Of a stretch of 64,000 bases of DNA, positions 39,712 to 49,330 are shown piece by piece. The stretch's first letter is position 1, and the number at the start of each line of letters is the position of its first letter. The position numbers and the translations under genes were made by a program. Source of the DNA: Minisyncoccota bacterium (GTDB lineage Bacteria; Patescibacteriota; Minisyncoccia; Phycocordibacterales; UBA9973). The notes beneath the pieces were generated by a model, which was given only the letters and a program-made list of their open reading frames with translations, was not told the DNA's origin and made no database searches. Location of the stretch: assembly GCA_041664285.1 (NCBI GenBank), contig JBAYLA010000001.1:138092-202091 (forward strand), written 5' to 3'.

Positions 39712-40608
39712 ATGGAAAGCATACACAAGACAGTTCTTTTAAATGAAACAACAGAAGGCCTAAATTTGCAAGATAATTCTTTAGTACTTGACTGTACTTT
39801 TGGGGGGGGAGGACACAGTAAAGAAATTTTATTGAGGTATCCAAATTCAAAAGTCATTGCCTTAGACCAAGACAATACTGTTTGGGAAAAAGCAAAAGAT
39901 AAATTCAAAGGACTAGAAAGTAGAATTACTTTTGTAAACGCAAATTTTAGAGATCTGAAAACAAAAGGTTTTCCAGTAAAGCTAGAAAATCTGCATGGAA
40001 TTATTTTTGATTTAGGTTTGAGTTCAGATCAGTTAGAGAATTCTGGACGAGGATTTTCCTTTATGAAAGATGAGCCACTACTCATGACCATGAAAGAAAA
40101 TCCTCTTTCGGAAGATGTTACAGCGCTAGATGTTGTAAACACTTGGGAAGAGAAGAATTTAGCAGACATTATTTATGGCTACGGAGAAGAAAGATACGGG
40201 AGAAAAATAGCCAAAGGAATAGTGGATGCAAGGAAAAGTGGAGAGATCAAGACCACCTTTGATTTAGTCAAGATAATTGAGGGGGCGATACCAGTAAGAT
40301 ATAGAAGGGGAAGATTGAATCCAGCTACCAAAACGTTTCAAGCATTACGGATAGCAGTCAATGATGAGCTGGGAGCTTTAAAAGATGGATTAGGAGAAGG
40401 GTTTGATCAATTAAAGGTAGGCGGAAGGATGGCGGTTATTTCTTTCCATAGTTTAGAAGATAGAATCGTTAAGAAATTTTATAAAGAAAAAGAAAAAGAG
40501 AGTAAGGCAAGATTGATTAACAAAAAGCCAATAAGTGCAGGTAGTGGAGAGTTAAAGAATAATTTAAGAGCGAGAAGCGCAAAGTTAAGAATTTTAGAAA
40601 AAATATGA
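39712..40608 (+). CDS. rsmH: 16S rRNA m4C1402 methyltransferase RsmH
   Basis: H.TVLL.E, DCTFGGGGHS, DLGLSS.Q, FQALRIAVN.EL, SFHSLEDR. Confidence 0.96.
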   Translation: MESIHKTVLLNETTEGLNLQDNSLVLDCTFGGGGHSKEILLRYPNSKVIALDQDNTVWEKAKDKFKGLESRITFVNANFRDLKTKGFPVKLENLHGIIFDLGLSSDQLENSGRGFSFMKDEPLLMTMKENPLSEDVTALDVVNTWEEKNLADIIYGYGEERYGRKIAKGIVDARKSGEIKTTFDLVKIIEGAIPVRYRRGRLNPATKTFQALRIAVNDELGALKDGLGEGFDQLKVGGRMAVISFHSLEDRIVKKFYKEKEKESKARLINKKPISAGSGELKNNLRARSAKLRILEKI

Positions 40609-40988
40609 GACAAGCAACCTTACAACTAAAAACCCGCATCCAAAACGTAAATATTATGAATAATAATATTGAAGTTGAGAAAAATATTTTTAATACTATG
40701 CTTCTAGTTTTAGCTGCTCTTGCACTTTTTTACGTTTTAATTTTAGGAAATATGGTTTTTAATATTGTCGAGAGGAAAACTTTAGAAAAAGAGATGCTCA
40801 CCCTTAATAATGAAGTTGGGGAATTAGAGGTTTCTTATTTAGCTGTTTCAAATAGTATTGATACGAATCTTTCATCTATAATGGGTTTCAAAGAAACAAA
40901 AGCAACGTTTGCCACTCGTAAATCTCTAGGATTTAATTCTAACGGTAGCAATTTTGGAAACGTAAAACTTGCTAACAATGAAATCTAG
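40605..40988 (+). CDS. FtsL-like bitopic division protein
   Basis: TM plus coiled coil, located between rsmH and the PBP gene. Confidence 0.65.
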   Translation: MRQATLQLKTRIQNVNIMNNNIEVEKNIFNTMLLVLAALALFYVLILGNMVFNIVERKTLEKEMLTLNNEVGELEVSYLAVSNSIDTNLSSIMGFKETKATFATRKSLGFNSNGSNFGNVKLANNEI

Positions 40989-42693
40989 TTTTGTTTTTAG
41001 GGGCAGAATAATTCTTTTTTTTGTTGTAATTTTTGCTGGCATACTTATTGCCAAACTTTTCTTTGTGCAACTCGTGCATGGTGGTACATATTCACAAGCT
41101 GCCGATCATCAATATTCTACCCCTTCAGCTAATATTTTTGAACGAGGAACAATTTACTTTGAACGTAAAGATGGAGTGCTTATTTCTGCGGCTACACAGG
41201 TTTCTGGTTTTAAGATGGCTATTAATCCTGATAAAATTCTTGATGCAGAAAATACTTATCTAAAATTATCTAAAATTATAACTATTGATCATGATGATTT
41301 TATAACCAAGGCTAGTCAGAAAAATGATCCCTATGAAGAAATAATTCATCGTCTTTCTAAGAAACAGGCTGATGCCATTACTGCTTTAAAAATTTCTGGG
41401 GTAAGTATTTTTAAAGAAAAATGGCGTTTTTACCCTGGGGCAAATTTGGCTGCTCATACTCTTGGCTTGGTGGGGTATAAAGGCAATGAATTAGGTGGAC
41501 GTTACGGACTCGAGAGACAATACGATGCTATTTTATCTCGGAGTGTAGACAACCCTTATATTAATTTTTTTGCTGAAGTTTTTTCTAATATAAAGAAAAC
41601 CTTATTTGAAAACAATGTCGCCGAAGGAGATATTGTAACAACCATTGAGCCTCAAGTTCAAAGTTTTTTAGAAAAAAAGTTGATGGAAGTAAAGAATAAA
41701 TATCAAATTGATTCTGTTGGAGGAATAATTATGAATCCGCAAGATGGGTCTATTTACGCTCTTGGGGTACTGCCTTCTTTTGATCTTAATAATTTTTCTC
41801 AAGTTAAAAATGTTTCTACCCTTTCTAATCCATTAGTGGAAAATGTTTTAGAGTTTGGGTCTGTCGTCAAGCCTTTGGTAATGGCAGCTGCCCTTAATGA
41901 GGGAGTGGTGAAAGCAAATACGACTTATAACGATAAAGGTGAAGTTACAGTTGAAAAACATCAAATATTTAATTTTGATAAAAAGGGGAGGGGTCCAGGT
42001 ACGAGTATGCAGGAAGTTCTAAATCAATCTCTCAATACAGGGATGGTTTTTGTAGAACAACATTTAGGTAAAGTAAATTTACGTAATTATTTACTTGCTT
42101 ATGGTATTAAAGATAAAACTGGAATTGATTTACCAAACGAGACTTCTGGGCTCGTTTCAGGAATATTAACCAGTCCTCGTGAAATTGAATATGCCAATGC
42201 TGCTTTTGGTCAAGGAATTGCTTTTACTCCAGTTGAATTAATTCGAGCCTTAGCATCTCTCTCAAATGGTGGGAATTTAGTTGTTCCTCACATTGTTAAA
42301 GAAATAAAATATAACAATGGAACTTCTAAACAAATGACTTACTCGACCACTCTCACCAAAATATCTAAAGCTACTTCCGAAGAGATAACCAGAATGCTTG
42401 TGCAGGCCATGGATAAAGGGATAGCTGGAGACTCAAAAAAACTTGATCATTTCAGCGTGGCAGCAAAAACAGGGACAGCTCAAGTTGCAGACAACATAAA
42501 TGGAGGATATTATGAAGATAGACATAACCATTCTTTCGTGGGTTATTTTCCTGCTTATGGTCCGAAGTTTATAATTTTTCTTTACGCGATAAATCCAAAA
42601 GGGGTGCTTTATTCTGCGATTACTTGGACTGATCCCTTTTTAGAGATTACAAAATTTTTATTAAATTATTACAATATTTCACCAGACAGATGA
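40978..42693 (+). CDS. ftsI: Class B penicillin-binding protein (FtsI-like)
   Basis: RGTIY, RFYP, GLE, SVVK, SLN, KTGT. Confidence 0.9.
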   Translation: MKSSFVFRGRIILFFVVIFAGILIAKLFFVQLVHGGTYSQAADHQYSTPSANIFERGTIYFERKDGVLISAATQVSGFKMAINPDKILDAENTYLKLSKIITIDHDDFITKASQKNDPYEEIIHRLSKKQADAITALKISGVSIFKEKWRFYPGANLAAHTLGLVGYKGNELGGRYGLERQYDAILSRSVDNPYINFFAEVFSNIKKTLFENNVAEGDIVTTIEPQVQSFLEKKLMEVKNKYQIDSVGGIIMNPQDGSIYALGVLPSFDLNNFSQVKNVSTLSNPLVENVLEFGSVVKPLVMAAALNEGVVKANTTYNDKGEVTVEKHQIFNFDKKGRGPGTSMQEVLNQSLNTGMVFVEQHLGKVNLRNYLLAYGIKDKTGIDLPNETSGLVSGILTSPREIEYANAAFGQGIAFTPVELIRALASLSNGGNLVVPHIVKEIKYNNGTSKQMTYSTTLTKISKATSEEITRMLVQAMDKGIAGDSKKLDHFSVAAKTGTAQVADNINGGYYEDRHNHSFVGYFPAYGPKFIIFLYAINPKGVLYSAITWTDPFLEITKFLLNYYNISPDR

Positions 42694-42699
42694 TCCTAT

Positions 42700-44055
42700 A
42701 TGAAAACAACTTTTAAAAAAATAATAACTTATATTTTAAGAATTGAGTCACAACTCGTACTTTTAAAATATAAACCAAAAATTATTGCAGTTACCGGATC
42801 ATTTGGAAAGACTTCTACCAAAGACGCAGTTTATGCTGTTCTTTCTAAAATCTCATATGTTCGTAAAAGTGAAAAAAGTTTTAATAGTGAAATAGGATTA
42901 CCCCTCACTATCTTAGGTGTTCCAAATGGATGGAGTAATCCATTAACTTGGATTCTCAATATATTTCGAGGTTTATGGCTTTTTATTGGGCCTCATAAAT
43001 ATCCTAAATGGCTTGTCCTCGAGGTGGGAGTAGGTAAACCAGACGATATGAGAAAGACTGCCTTGTGGTTGAAGACTGATGTCGTTATTTTGACTGCGAT
43101 TGGCGATACTCCTCCTCATGTTGAATTCTTTAATTCACATAAACATCTTTTAGAAGAAAAAAGTCAACTTATAAAAACTTTAAAGAAAGACGGCATTTTA
43201 ATATTAAATGCAGACGATGAAATGTTCCTGGAGATAAAGGAAAAAAGTAAACACAAAACTATCACTTATGGTTTTAAGGAGGGTGCTGATGTTTTGGGTT
43301 CCGGTGATACTATTTTTTATAATGAAAACAATGAATCTTCTACAAATAGTCTTCTAGGTGAGCCAGCCGGAGTAATTTTTAGAGTAGACGAAGGGGGGAG
43401 CAGTTTTCCTGTTGTTATTGAAAAAGTCTTTGGCCGAAACCATATTTATGCGACACTTTCAGCTTTGGCGTTATCTTCTAGTTTAGAATTAAATATGTTG
43501 ACAGCCGTAAACTCACTTAAAAATTATGATGTTGCTCCTGGCAGAATGAGATTACTGAAAGGGATAAACGATAGCTTGATTATTGATGATACATACAATT
43601 CTTCTCCTTTTGCTTGTGAATCCGCACTTAAAACTTTAGGTGAAATAAAAAGTAAAAATGAAGCCTATAGAAAAATTGCTGTTTTGGGTGATATGTTGGA
43701 ACTTGGACGACACACACTTGCTGCTCATAAAGATATTGGCAAAATAGCAAAAGAAATTTTAAGCGAAGATCAAAATAAAAAGATAAATATGCTTATGATT
43801 GTTGGGCCTAGAGCTAAAGCTATCAAAGAAGGCGCAATAGAGGCGGGCATGAAAGATAAAAATATCTTTGAATTTTTAAATTCAAGAGAAGCAGGAATTT
43901 TTCTAAAAACTTTTGTACGAGCAAATGATTTAGTGCTTATAAAAGGTTCTCAGGGTATGCGAATGGAGAGAGCGGTAGAAGCGATCCTTTTAGATAAAGA
44001 AAATAAAAATAAATTACTAGTCCGTCAGGATTCAGAGTGGCTTCAAAAAAACTAA
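42700..44055 (+). CDS. murF: UDP-MurNAc-tripeptide:D-Ala-D-Ala ligase
   Basis: AVTGSFGKTSTKD, FN.EIGLPLT, IDDTYNSSP, LGDMLELG, KGS. Confidence 0.92.
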   Translation: MKTTFKKIITYILRIESQLVLLKYKPKIIAVTGSFGKTSTKDAVYAVLSKISYVRKSEKSFNSEIGLPLTILGVPNGWSNPLTWILNIFRGLWLFIGPHKYPKWLVLEVGVGKPDDMRKTALWLKTDVVILTAIGDTPPHVEFFNSHKHLLEEKSQLIKTLKKDGILILNADDEMFLEIKEKSKHKTITYGFKEGADVLGSGDTIFYNENNESSTNSLLGEPAGVIFRVDEGGSSFPVVIEKVFGRNHIYATLSALALSSSLELNMLTAVNSLKNYDVAPGRMRLLKGINDSLIIDDTYNSSPFACESALKTLGEIKSKNEAYRKIAVLGDMLELGRHTLAAHKDIGKIAKEILSEDQNKKINMLMIVGPRAKAIKEGAIEAGMKDKNIFEFLNSREAGIFLKTFVRANDLVLIKGSQGMRMERAVEAILLDKENKNKLLVRQDSEWLQKN

Positions 44056-44056
44056 A

Positions 44057-44305
44057 TTAAATTTCTCCAATGAATTTTAAAATCCATTTTTCTGCTTTTT
44101 CCACCAAGGGGAAAACATGGGGGGATTTTTGTGCATGCTTGTGTATGAGAAGGCGAATAGCTGGAAAATAAAGAGAAAGAATCATAAAGCCAATAATTAA
44201 AAAGAGTATTCCTTGCAGTAAGGGCACGACTAAGCCGAGAAATCCTAAGAGTATAAAACTAATTCCAATAATTAAAACAAAAGTTTTCTTTATTTCTTTT
44301 TTCAA
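44057..44305 (-). CDS. Small membrane protein
   Basis: Two TM helices, LGFLGLVVPLLQG. Confidence 0.65.
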   Translation of the reverse strand: MKKEIKKTFVLIIGISFILLGFLGLVVPLLQGILFLIIGFMILSLYFPAIRLLIHKHAQKSPHVFPLVEKAEKWILKFIGEI

Positions 44306-44320
44306 GGGTTTTTTGACTTT

Positions 44321-45691
44321 TTAATACCTATTAAGTTTAAAAGCAGCAGTTGTCTTAGGACCTACTATTCCATCAACCACTAATCCTGGAACACTAGTTT
44401 GGAAAGCTTTCACAGCTGCATAAGTTTTCGGACCAAATTTTCCGTCCAGAACTAAACCTGATCCTAAACTCTTTTGTAAACAAACAACATCAGCACCAGA
44501 CAAACCACGTCTTAAGGTTCTACCGATTGTACAAGTTGAAGAAAAATTACCAAGTTTCAAAGCAGCAGTTGTCTTAGGACCTACTATTCCATCAACCACT
44601 AATCCTGGAACACTAGTTTGAAAAGCTTTCACAGCTGCATAAGTTTTCGGACCAAATTTTCCGTCCAGAACTAAACCTGATCCTAAACTCTTTTGTAAAC
44701 AAACAACATCAGCACCAGTTGAACCACGCCTTAAGGTTCTATTAATTGAACAAGAAGAAGTAGGTGCTGACAGAACTCCGCAAGATATTCCCGTGATTAC
44801 ACTAAAACCTACGGATGAAGTACAACCTAATGGATAGCTTCCGCAAGGTTTTCCTGTGGTTATACTAAAACCGGAAGCAGAACTACAACCATAAGGGAGG
44901 CCTGTTGTTGGATCGTAATCAGAATTTGAAGAAGAATTTGAATTTGTTTGATTAATCACTGGCGTCACCCCACAAGAGCCACCCGTAATTACACTAACCC
45001 CCAAAGATGAGTTACAACCTAATGGATAGAGTCCACAAGATATCCCCGTGGTTGTACTAAATCCTGAAGTAGAAGAACTACAACCGCAAAGGAGACCTGT
45101 ATTTTGATCGTAACCAGAAATTAAACAAGTTGAGGTAGAATTTGAATTATTTAAATTACCTGAAGTAACCGAAATACTCGAAGTATTAGAATTATTTAGA
45201 TTATTTGAATTAGTCGAATTGGGGGAGGTTTTTTCTGACGTTTTCTCTATACAAGACTTTCCTGTGGTTGGACTAAAACCCGAAGAAGAAGAACTACAAC
45301 CACAAAGGAAACCTGTTGTTAAATCATGATCATTTACACAGTTTGGATCAGAAAAAGATGTGTTAGGTTGTACAGTGCCACAATATTCTCCCTTATTTGT
45401 AAGCCAATCTGTAGCTGCTGAGCAACCACAACTAAAACCTGTCGTTGTATCATAACCATTTTCACAAGTCGGATCAGAAGATGTGAAAGTTGCAGAATTT
45501 GCTTTGACGCAACTTTCTCCTGTAAATATATTATAGCCAGAAGTTATACTACTACAGCCACTAGCCACACTAGTACCACTGCTCACACTAGTACTACCAG
45601 TTACTATAGTTGCATTTGCAGAGTTTGTATTAAATAAAAACAAACCTAAAACAAAGATAAAAGTAAGCGAAATTAATTTATATTTTTTCAT
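44321..45691 (-). CDS. Secreted Cys/Gly/Ser-repeat protein with two peptidoglycan-binding domains
   Basis: Signal peptide; repeated GC-S..GFS.TTG..C; two LRRG..GADV..LQ..L...DG.FGPKT.AAVKAFQ domains. Confidence 0.85.
   Translation of the reverse strand: MKKYKLISLTFIFVLGLFLFNTNSANATIVTGSTSVSSGTSVASGCSSITSGYNIFTGESCVKANSATFTSSDPTCENGYDTTTGFSCGCSAATDWLTNKGEYCGTVQPNTSFSDPNCVNDHDLTTGFLCGCSSSSSGFSPTTGKSCIEKTSEKTSPNSTNSNNLNNSNTSSISVTSGNLNNSNSTSTCLISGYDQNTGLLCGCSSSTSGFSTTTGISCGLYPLGCNSSLGVSVITGGSCGVTPVINQTNSNSSSNSDYDPTTGLPYGCSSASGFSITTGKPCGSYPLGCTSSVGFSVITGISCGVLSAPTSSCSINRTLRRGSTGADVVCLQKSLGSGLVLDGKFGPKTYAAVKAFQTSVPGLVVDGIVGPKTTAALKLGNFSSTCTIGRTLRRGLSGADVVCLQKSLGSGLVLDGKFGPKTYAAVKAFQTSVPGLVVDGIVGPKTTAAFKLNRY
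44340..44738 (-). repeat. Near-identical tandem duplication (219-bp period) of the PG-binding domain
   Basis: 44340-44519 is nearly identical to 44559-44738. Confidence 0.92.
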
Positions 45692-45766
45692 AACTTTGAT
45701 TATATCAAATAATATATAAAAGTATATCATATTAAAATTTTTTAGATTTTTTGTATAATGTAAACT

Positions 45767-46207
45767 ATGAAGCTTGATATGCTTACAAAAAGAGCTATAC
45801 AGCATACTCTCCATTGTTTGTTGGGGTGTTCGATAGGTGAAATCCTAGGTATGTCCATAACTACTTGGCTTGGTTGGGAAACACTAGTGAAGGTGATCTT
45901 TTCTATACCACTTGCGTTCCTTTTTGGATATCTACTCACTTCTTGGTCGCTTGTGCGCAGGGGTGTATCTTGGCGTGCAGCCATCAAGACTACGATTGCC
46001 ACGGACACAATCTCAATATTATCAATGGAGATAGTAGATAGTGTATTTCTATTTTTTATTCCGGGCGCAATGAATGTACATCTAGGTGATTTACTTTATT
46101 GGTTTAAACTACTTTCTGCACTTGTGACCGCCTTTTTATTTACTGTTCCAGTCAATCGTTTTTTTATAGCTCGAAACAGCGAGGAGCATCATGTGCATAC
46201 TCACTAG
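45767..46207 (+). CDS. DUF4396-family membrane protein
   Basis: TLHCLLGCSIGEI, DT.SI.SMEI, PVNR; His-rich tail. Confidence 0.85.
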   Translation: MKLDMLTKRAIQHTLHCLLGCSIGEILGMSITTWLGWETLVKVIFSIPLAFLFGYLLTSWSLVRRGVSWRAAIKTTIATDTISILSMEIVDSVFLFFIPGAMNVHLGDLLYWFKLLSALVTAFLFTVPVNRFFIARNSEEHHVHTH

Positions 46208-46212
46208 TAGTG

Positions 46213-46284
46213 TGACTCTACTGGGAATCGCACCCAGATTTGAAGCTTGAGAAGCTTCCGTCCTAACTATTAGACGATAGAGCC
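46213..46284 (-). tRNA. tRNA-Glu(CUC), A18/G55 variant
   Basis: GGCTCTA/TAGAGTC, TT-CTC-AA loop; D-loop AATAGTT, T-loop TGCGATT. Confidence 0.93.
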
Positions 46285-46336
46285 AATAAAAAAAATATAG
46301 CATTTTTCAATAAAAAACTAAAGAAAAATTTAAAAG

Positions 46337-47374
46337 TTACTCTTCGATTTTTGGTTTTTCTACTTCTAGTAAGGCAAGCTCGGGTGAAGTGCCAGCTATG
46401 CGGAGCACGTCCTTATCTATTTTTTTTAGTTCTTTGTTTGAAGCATTGTAGTGATTTACCACTGTGCCTAAAGCATTCCCGAGTTTATTGTGATATTCAT
46501 CATAAGATTTTAAATGTTTCCCTAAGTCTTCCACTTTTTTAATTATTTCTTTTGCCGATTCTTCTATTTTGAGGGCTTTGAGTCCTTGTAAGACAGTTTG
46601 TAAATAAGCGAGAAATGATGTTGGGGAGGTGATAATAACTTTGTATTTTCCGGCTGCGCGCTGGATTAGATTTTCATTTTCTTCTGTGGTAGAGGCACCT
46701 ACTTTATTAGTGAGCAGGTCGTAATAAATAGCTTCATGGGGAATAAACATAAAAGCGAAATCCGTGGTACCCTTGGTTGGCTGGATATATTTCGCTGTTT
46801 CAGTAATTCTATTTTTTAAATCATTTATAAAAATTGTTTCCAGTTTTTTCTTTTCTGTTCCATCTCGTTCTTCTACCATTTTATTATAATTTTCTAATGA
46901 GAACTTTGAATCGATTGGAATGATTTTATCTTTTACGAAGACGACTGCGTCAACGATAGTTTTATCTGGGAATTCATATTGCATCTGATAGCTTCCTGGA
47001 GGTAAGACATTTTTTAAAACTGTCTCTAGGTAATATTCACCCAAAATTCCGCGTTGTTTTGGATTTTTTAAAACATTCTCCAAACTTTGAAGTTGGTCAG
47101 CAAAAGAGATGACTTGTTTATTTGTTTCGTCTAGCCTAGTGAGTCTTTCTGTGACATCGCGAATTATTTTATTTGATTCAGAAGAATGAAACTTCAAACT
47201 TTCATTAACTTGTCTGTGGCTTTCACCGATTTTACTATCTACTGTTCGCGAGAGTTCATTTATTTGGTTTAAAATAAGGTTTAATCCTATATTGTCGTCT
47301 TTTCTACTAAAAATAAAATAAGCAATAATGCCTCCAATAAAAGCTGCTATTATAATGAATAAAGTGATTTCCAT
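46337..47374 (-). CDS. rmuC: DNA recombination protein RmuC
   Basis: K.RG.LGE..LE, PIDSKF, KYI.P..TTDFA.MFIP.E, SPT. Confidence 0.92.
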   Translation of the reverse strand: MEITLFIIIAAFIGGIIAYFIFSRKDDNIGLNLILNQINELSRTVDSKIGESHRQVNESLKFHSSESNKIIRDVTERLTRLDETNKQVISFADQLQSLENVLKNPKQRGILGEYYLETVLKNVLPPGSYQMQYEFPDKTIVDAVVFVKDKIIPIDSKFSLENYNKMVEERDGTEKKKLETIFINDLKNRITETAKYIQPTKGTTDFAFMFIPHEAIYYDLLTNKVGASTTEENENLIQRAAGKYKVIITSPTSFLAYLQTVLQGLKALKIEESAKEIIKKVEDLGKHLKSYDEYHNKLGNALGTVVNHYNASNKELKKIDKDVLRIAGTSPELALLEVEKPKIEE

Positions 47375-47389
47375 ATTTTTATTTTATCA

Positions 47390-48106
47390 TTATTTCTCTA
47401 GATAATACTTTAGTGTATAAATCCAATCTTCGTCTATTTGGTCACTCGCAGTCTTTTGTTGAAGGAGCCATTCCAGATATCCTCGGTCTACTTTTAGTAC
47501 TTCTTCTATCTTCTTGCCTAAATGTTTTCCAAAGTTAAAAGACAAGAGGAGTGATGGATGAGAAGAAATTTCTACCATTTTTTCTATTGCCTCATTTTCG
47601 TTCAAGTTTTCTTCTTTTATAATTTTATTTTTTAAACGTTCAAAAAGTTTTTCTAACACCAAAACATCTCCCATCGCGTCATGGGCCGTAGCTTCTACGT
47701 CTAGGTCAAGCAAATAACGCAAGTATTGTAAGTTGTATCGCTCTATTTTACCTTCAGGGTCTAAAAATCTAGCGACTCGGAGTGTGCAGATAAATTTATT
47801 TGGTTTTATTCCTTCTTTTTCTATAACCATTAAGTCAAAAGTAGCATTATGAGCAATAACAATAGAATCTTTATCTTCAAAAAGTTTTTTAATGATTGGT
47901 TGGTCAGTGCTTTCTTTGAAGGTTGGTTTATTTTCAACCATTTTATTTGTTATGTGATGTATCGCTGAAGCTTCAGGGGGTATTTTAATTTTTGGTTTAT
48001 AAAAACCAACAAAACTTTCATCTCCACTTTTGTAAGCAATTTGGATTAAAAAATCTTTTTCTGTATTACCTGTGGTTTCTGTATCAAAAAATATTAATTT
48101 AGTCAT
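47390..48106 (-). CDS. DEDDh 3'-5' exonuclease (ExoX-like)
   Basis: FDTETTG, AHNATFD, LQYLRY, AHDAMGD, FGKH. Confidence 0.88.
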   Translation of the reverse strand: MTKLIFFDTETTGNTEKDFLIQIAYKSGDESFVGFYKPKIKIPPEASAIHHITNKMVENKPTFKESTDQPIIKKLFEDKDSIVIAHNATFDLMVIEKEGIKPNKFICTLRVARFLDPEGKIERYNLQYLRYLLDLDVEATAHDAMGDVLVLEKLFERLKNKIIKEENLNENEAIEKMVEISSHPSLLLSFNFGKHLGKKIEEVLKVDRGYLEWLLQQKTASDQIDEDWIYTLKYYLEK

Positions 48107-48136
48107 TTGGTTATTTTAACATATTTTGATATAATA

Positions 48137-48257
48137 AAAAGTATATAAAATATAATTTTTCGCAGGGGTTTCGTAGGCTGTCGAGCTTTGAACTCCAATC
48201 TTTTTTTCACCAGAAAAAAATCCGTACCGAAGAAAAATTGATATTTTATATACTTTT
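48137..48257 (+). repeat. Family A structured repeat, copy 3 (diverged)
   Basis: GGGGTTTCGTAGGCTGTCGAGCTTTGAACTCC...AAAAAAATCCGTACC in inverted arms. Confidence 0.88.
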
Positions 48258-48265
48258 GCTTATTT

Positions 48266-48718
48266 ATGCTACATGAACAAATAAAAAATGGGATAAAGGA
48301 ATCAATGATGGCGAAAGATATTTTACGCTTGAAAGCTTTCCGGGCGATGTCTGCAGCTTTTACCAATGAACTTGTGGCTAAAAATAAAAAACCACAAGAA
48401 ATGCTAAGTGATGAAGAGGCTCTTGTTGTTATTACCAAGTTGGCCAAGCAGAGGCGTGATTCTATCGAGCAATTCAAAAAAGGAGGCCGAGCAGATTTAG
48501 TCAAAGAAGAAGAAGAGGAGCTTACTATTTTTGAAACTTTTTTGCCTAAACTAATGGATAAAAGTGAAGTAGAGAAAGTTGCCCGAGTAAAAAAGGATGA
48601 GCTTGGAATTATTGACGTCACCAAGAAGGGCATGCTGATGTCTGCCTTGATGAAAGATTTGAAAGGGAAAGCGGATGGGTCAATAGTTAAAGAAGTGGTG
48701 GACTCTCTTTTTGAATAA
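48266..48718 (+). CDS. GatB/YqeY domain protein
   Basis: KQRRDSIEQF.KGGR.DL..EE.EL, GKADG. Confidence 0.9.
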   Translation: MLHEQIKNGIKESMMAKDILRLKAFRAMSAAFTNELVAKNKKPQEMLSDEEALVVITKLAKQRRDSIEQFKKGGRADLVKEEEEELTIFETFLPKLMDKSEVEKVARVKKDELGIIDVTKKGMLMSALMKDLKGKADGSIVKEVVDSLFE

Positions 48719-48724
48719 TCATTT

Positions 48725-49330
48725 ATGGATACGATTAATCTTCTAATTGGTTTAGTAGAACATAATCAAGTTCTAGCATATCTTTTTATTTTTATCGGGC
48801 TTATTTTTGAGGGAGAATTCTTTATAATTTTTACCGGAATTTTGGCACATCTCGGAGCTTTGAACTTTTGGTTCTCTCTTTTTTTTATTTTCTTAGGTGC
48901 TTTATCTAAAACTTTTCTTGGTTATGCTTTAGGAGAATGTCTTTATAAAAAATTTCAATACCATAGATTTTTTAAATATATTCAAAAACGAGTTTATAAT
49001 ATTTTACCTAGATTCAAAGCTAAACCATTTTGGTCTATTTTTATTTCTAAATTTATAATAGGTGCAAATAATATTGTTGTTATTTTTTCGGGTTTTGAGA
49101 AAATAAATTTCAAACTTTATTTAAAAGCAGAAATTTTAGCTACGATAGTTTGGGCGCCACTCCTTCTTTCTTTAGGTTTCTTTTTCAGCTATACTGCCTT
49201 ACATATAAGCCGTGAGATTTGGACATTCTCTTTGGTGATTATAGTTTTGTTCATAATATTCACCCTTTTTGATAAATTAGTATCTTGGCTTTATGAATTA
49301 TTTGAAGAATTTTACAATGACAAACAATAA
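48725..49330 (+). CDS. DedA-family membrane protein
   Basis: FEGE, LGY.LG, ISKFI.G. Confidence 0.85.
   Translation: MDTINLLIGLVEHNQVLAYLFIFIGLIFEGEFFIIFTGILAHLGALNFWFSLFFIFLGALSKTFLGYALGECLYKKFQYHRFFKYIQKRVYNILPRFKAKPFWSIFISKFIIGANNIVVIFSGFEKINFKLYLKAEILATIVWAPLLLSLGFFFSYTALHISREIWTFSLVIIVLFIIFTLFDKLVSWLYELFEEFYNDKQ

Noticed and set aside
46213-46284. Second integrated element at tRNA-Glu(CUC)
   Set aside because: No duplicate of its 3' end (gtgactcta) or recombinase seen nearby.
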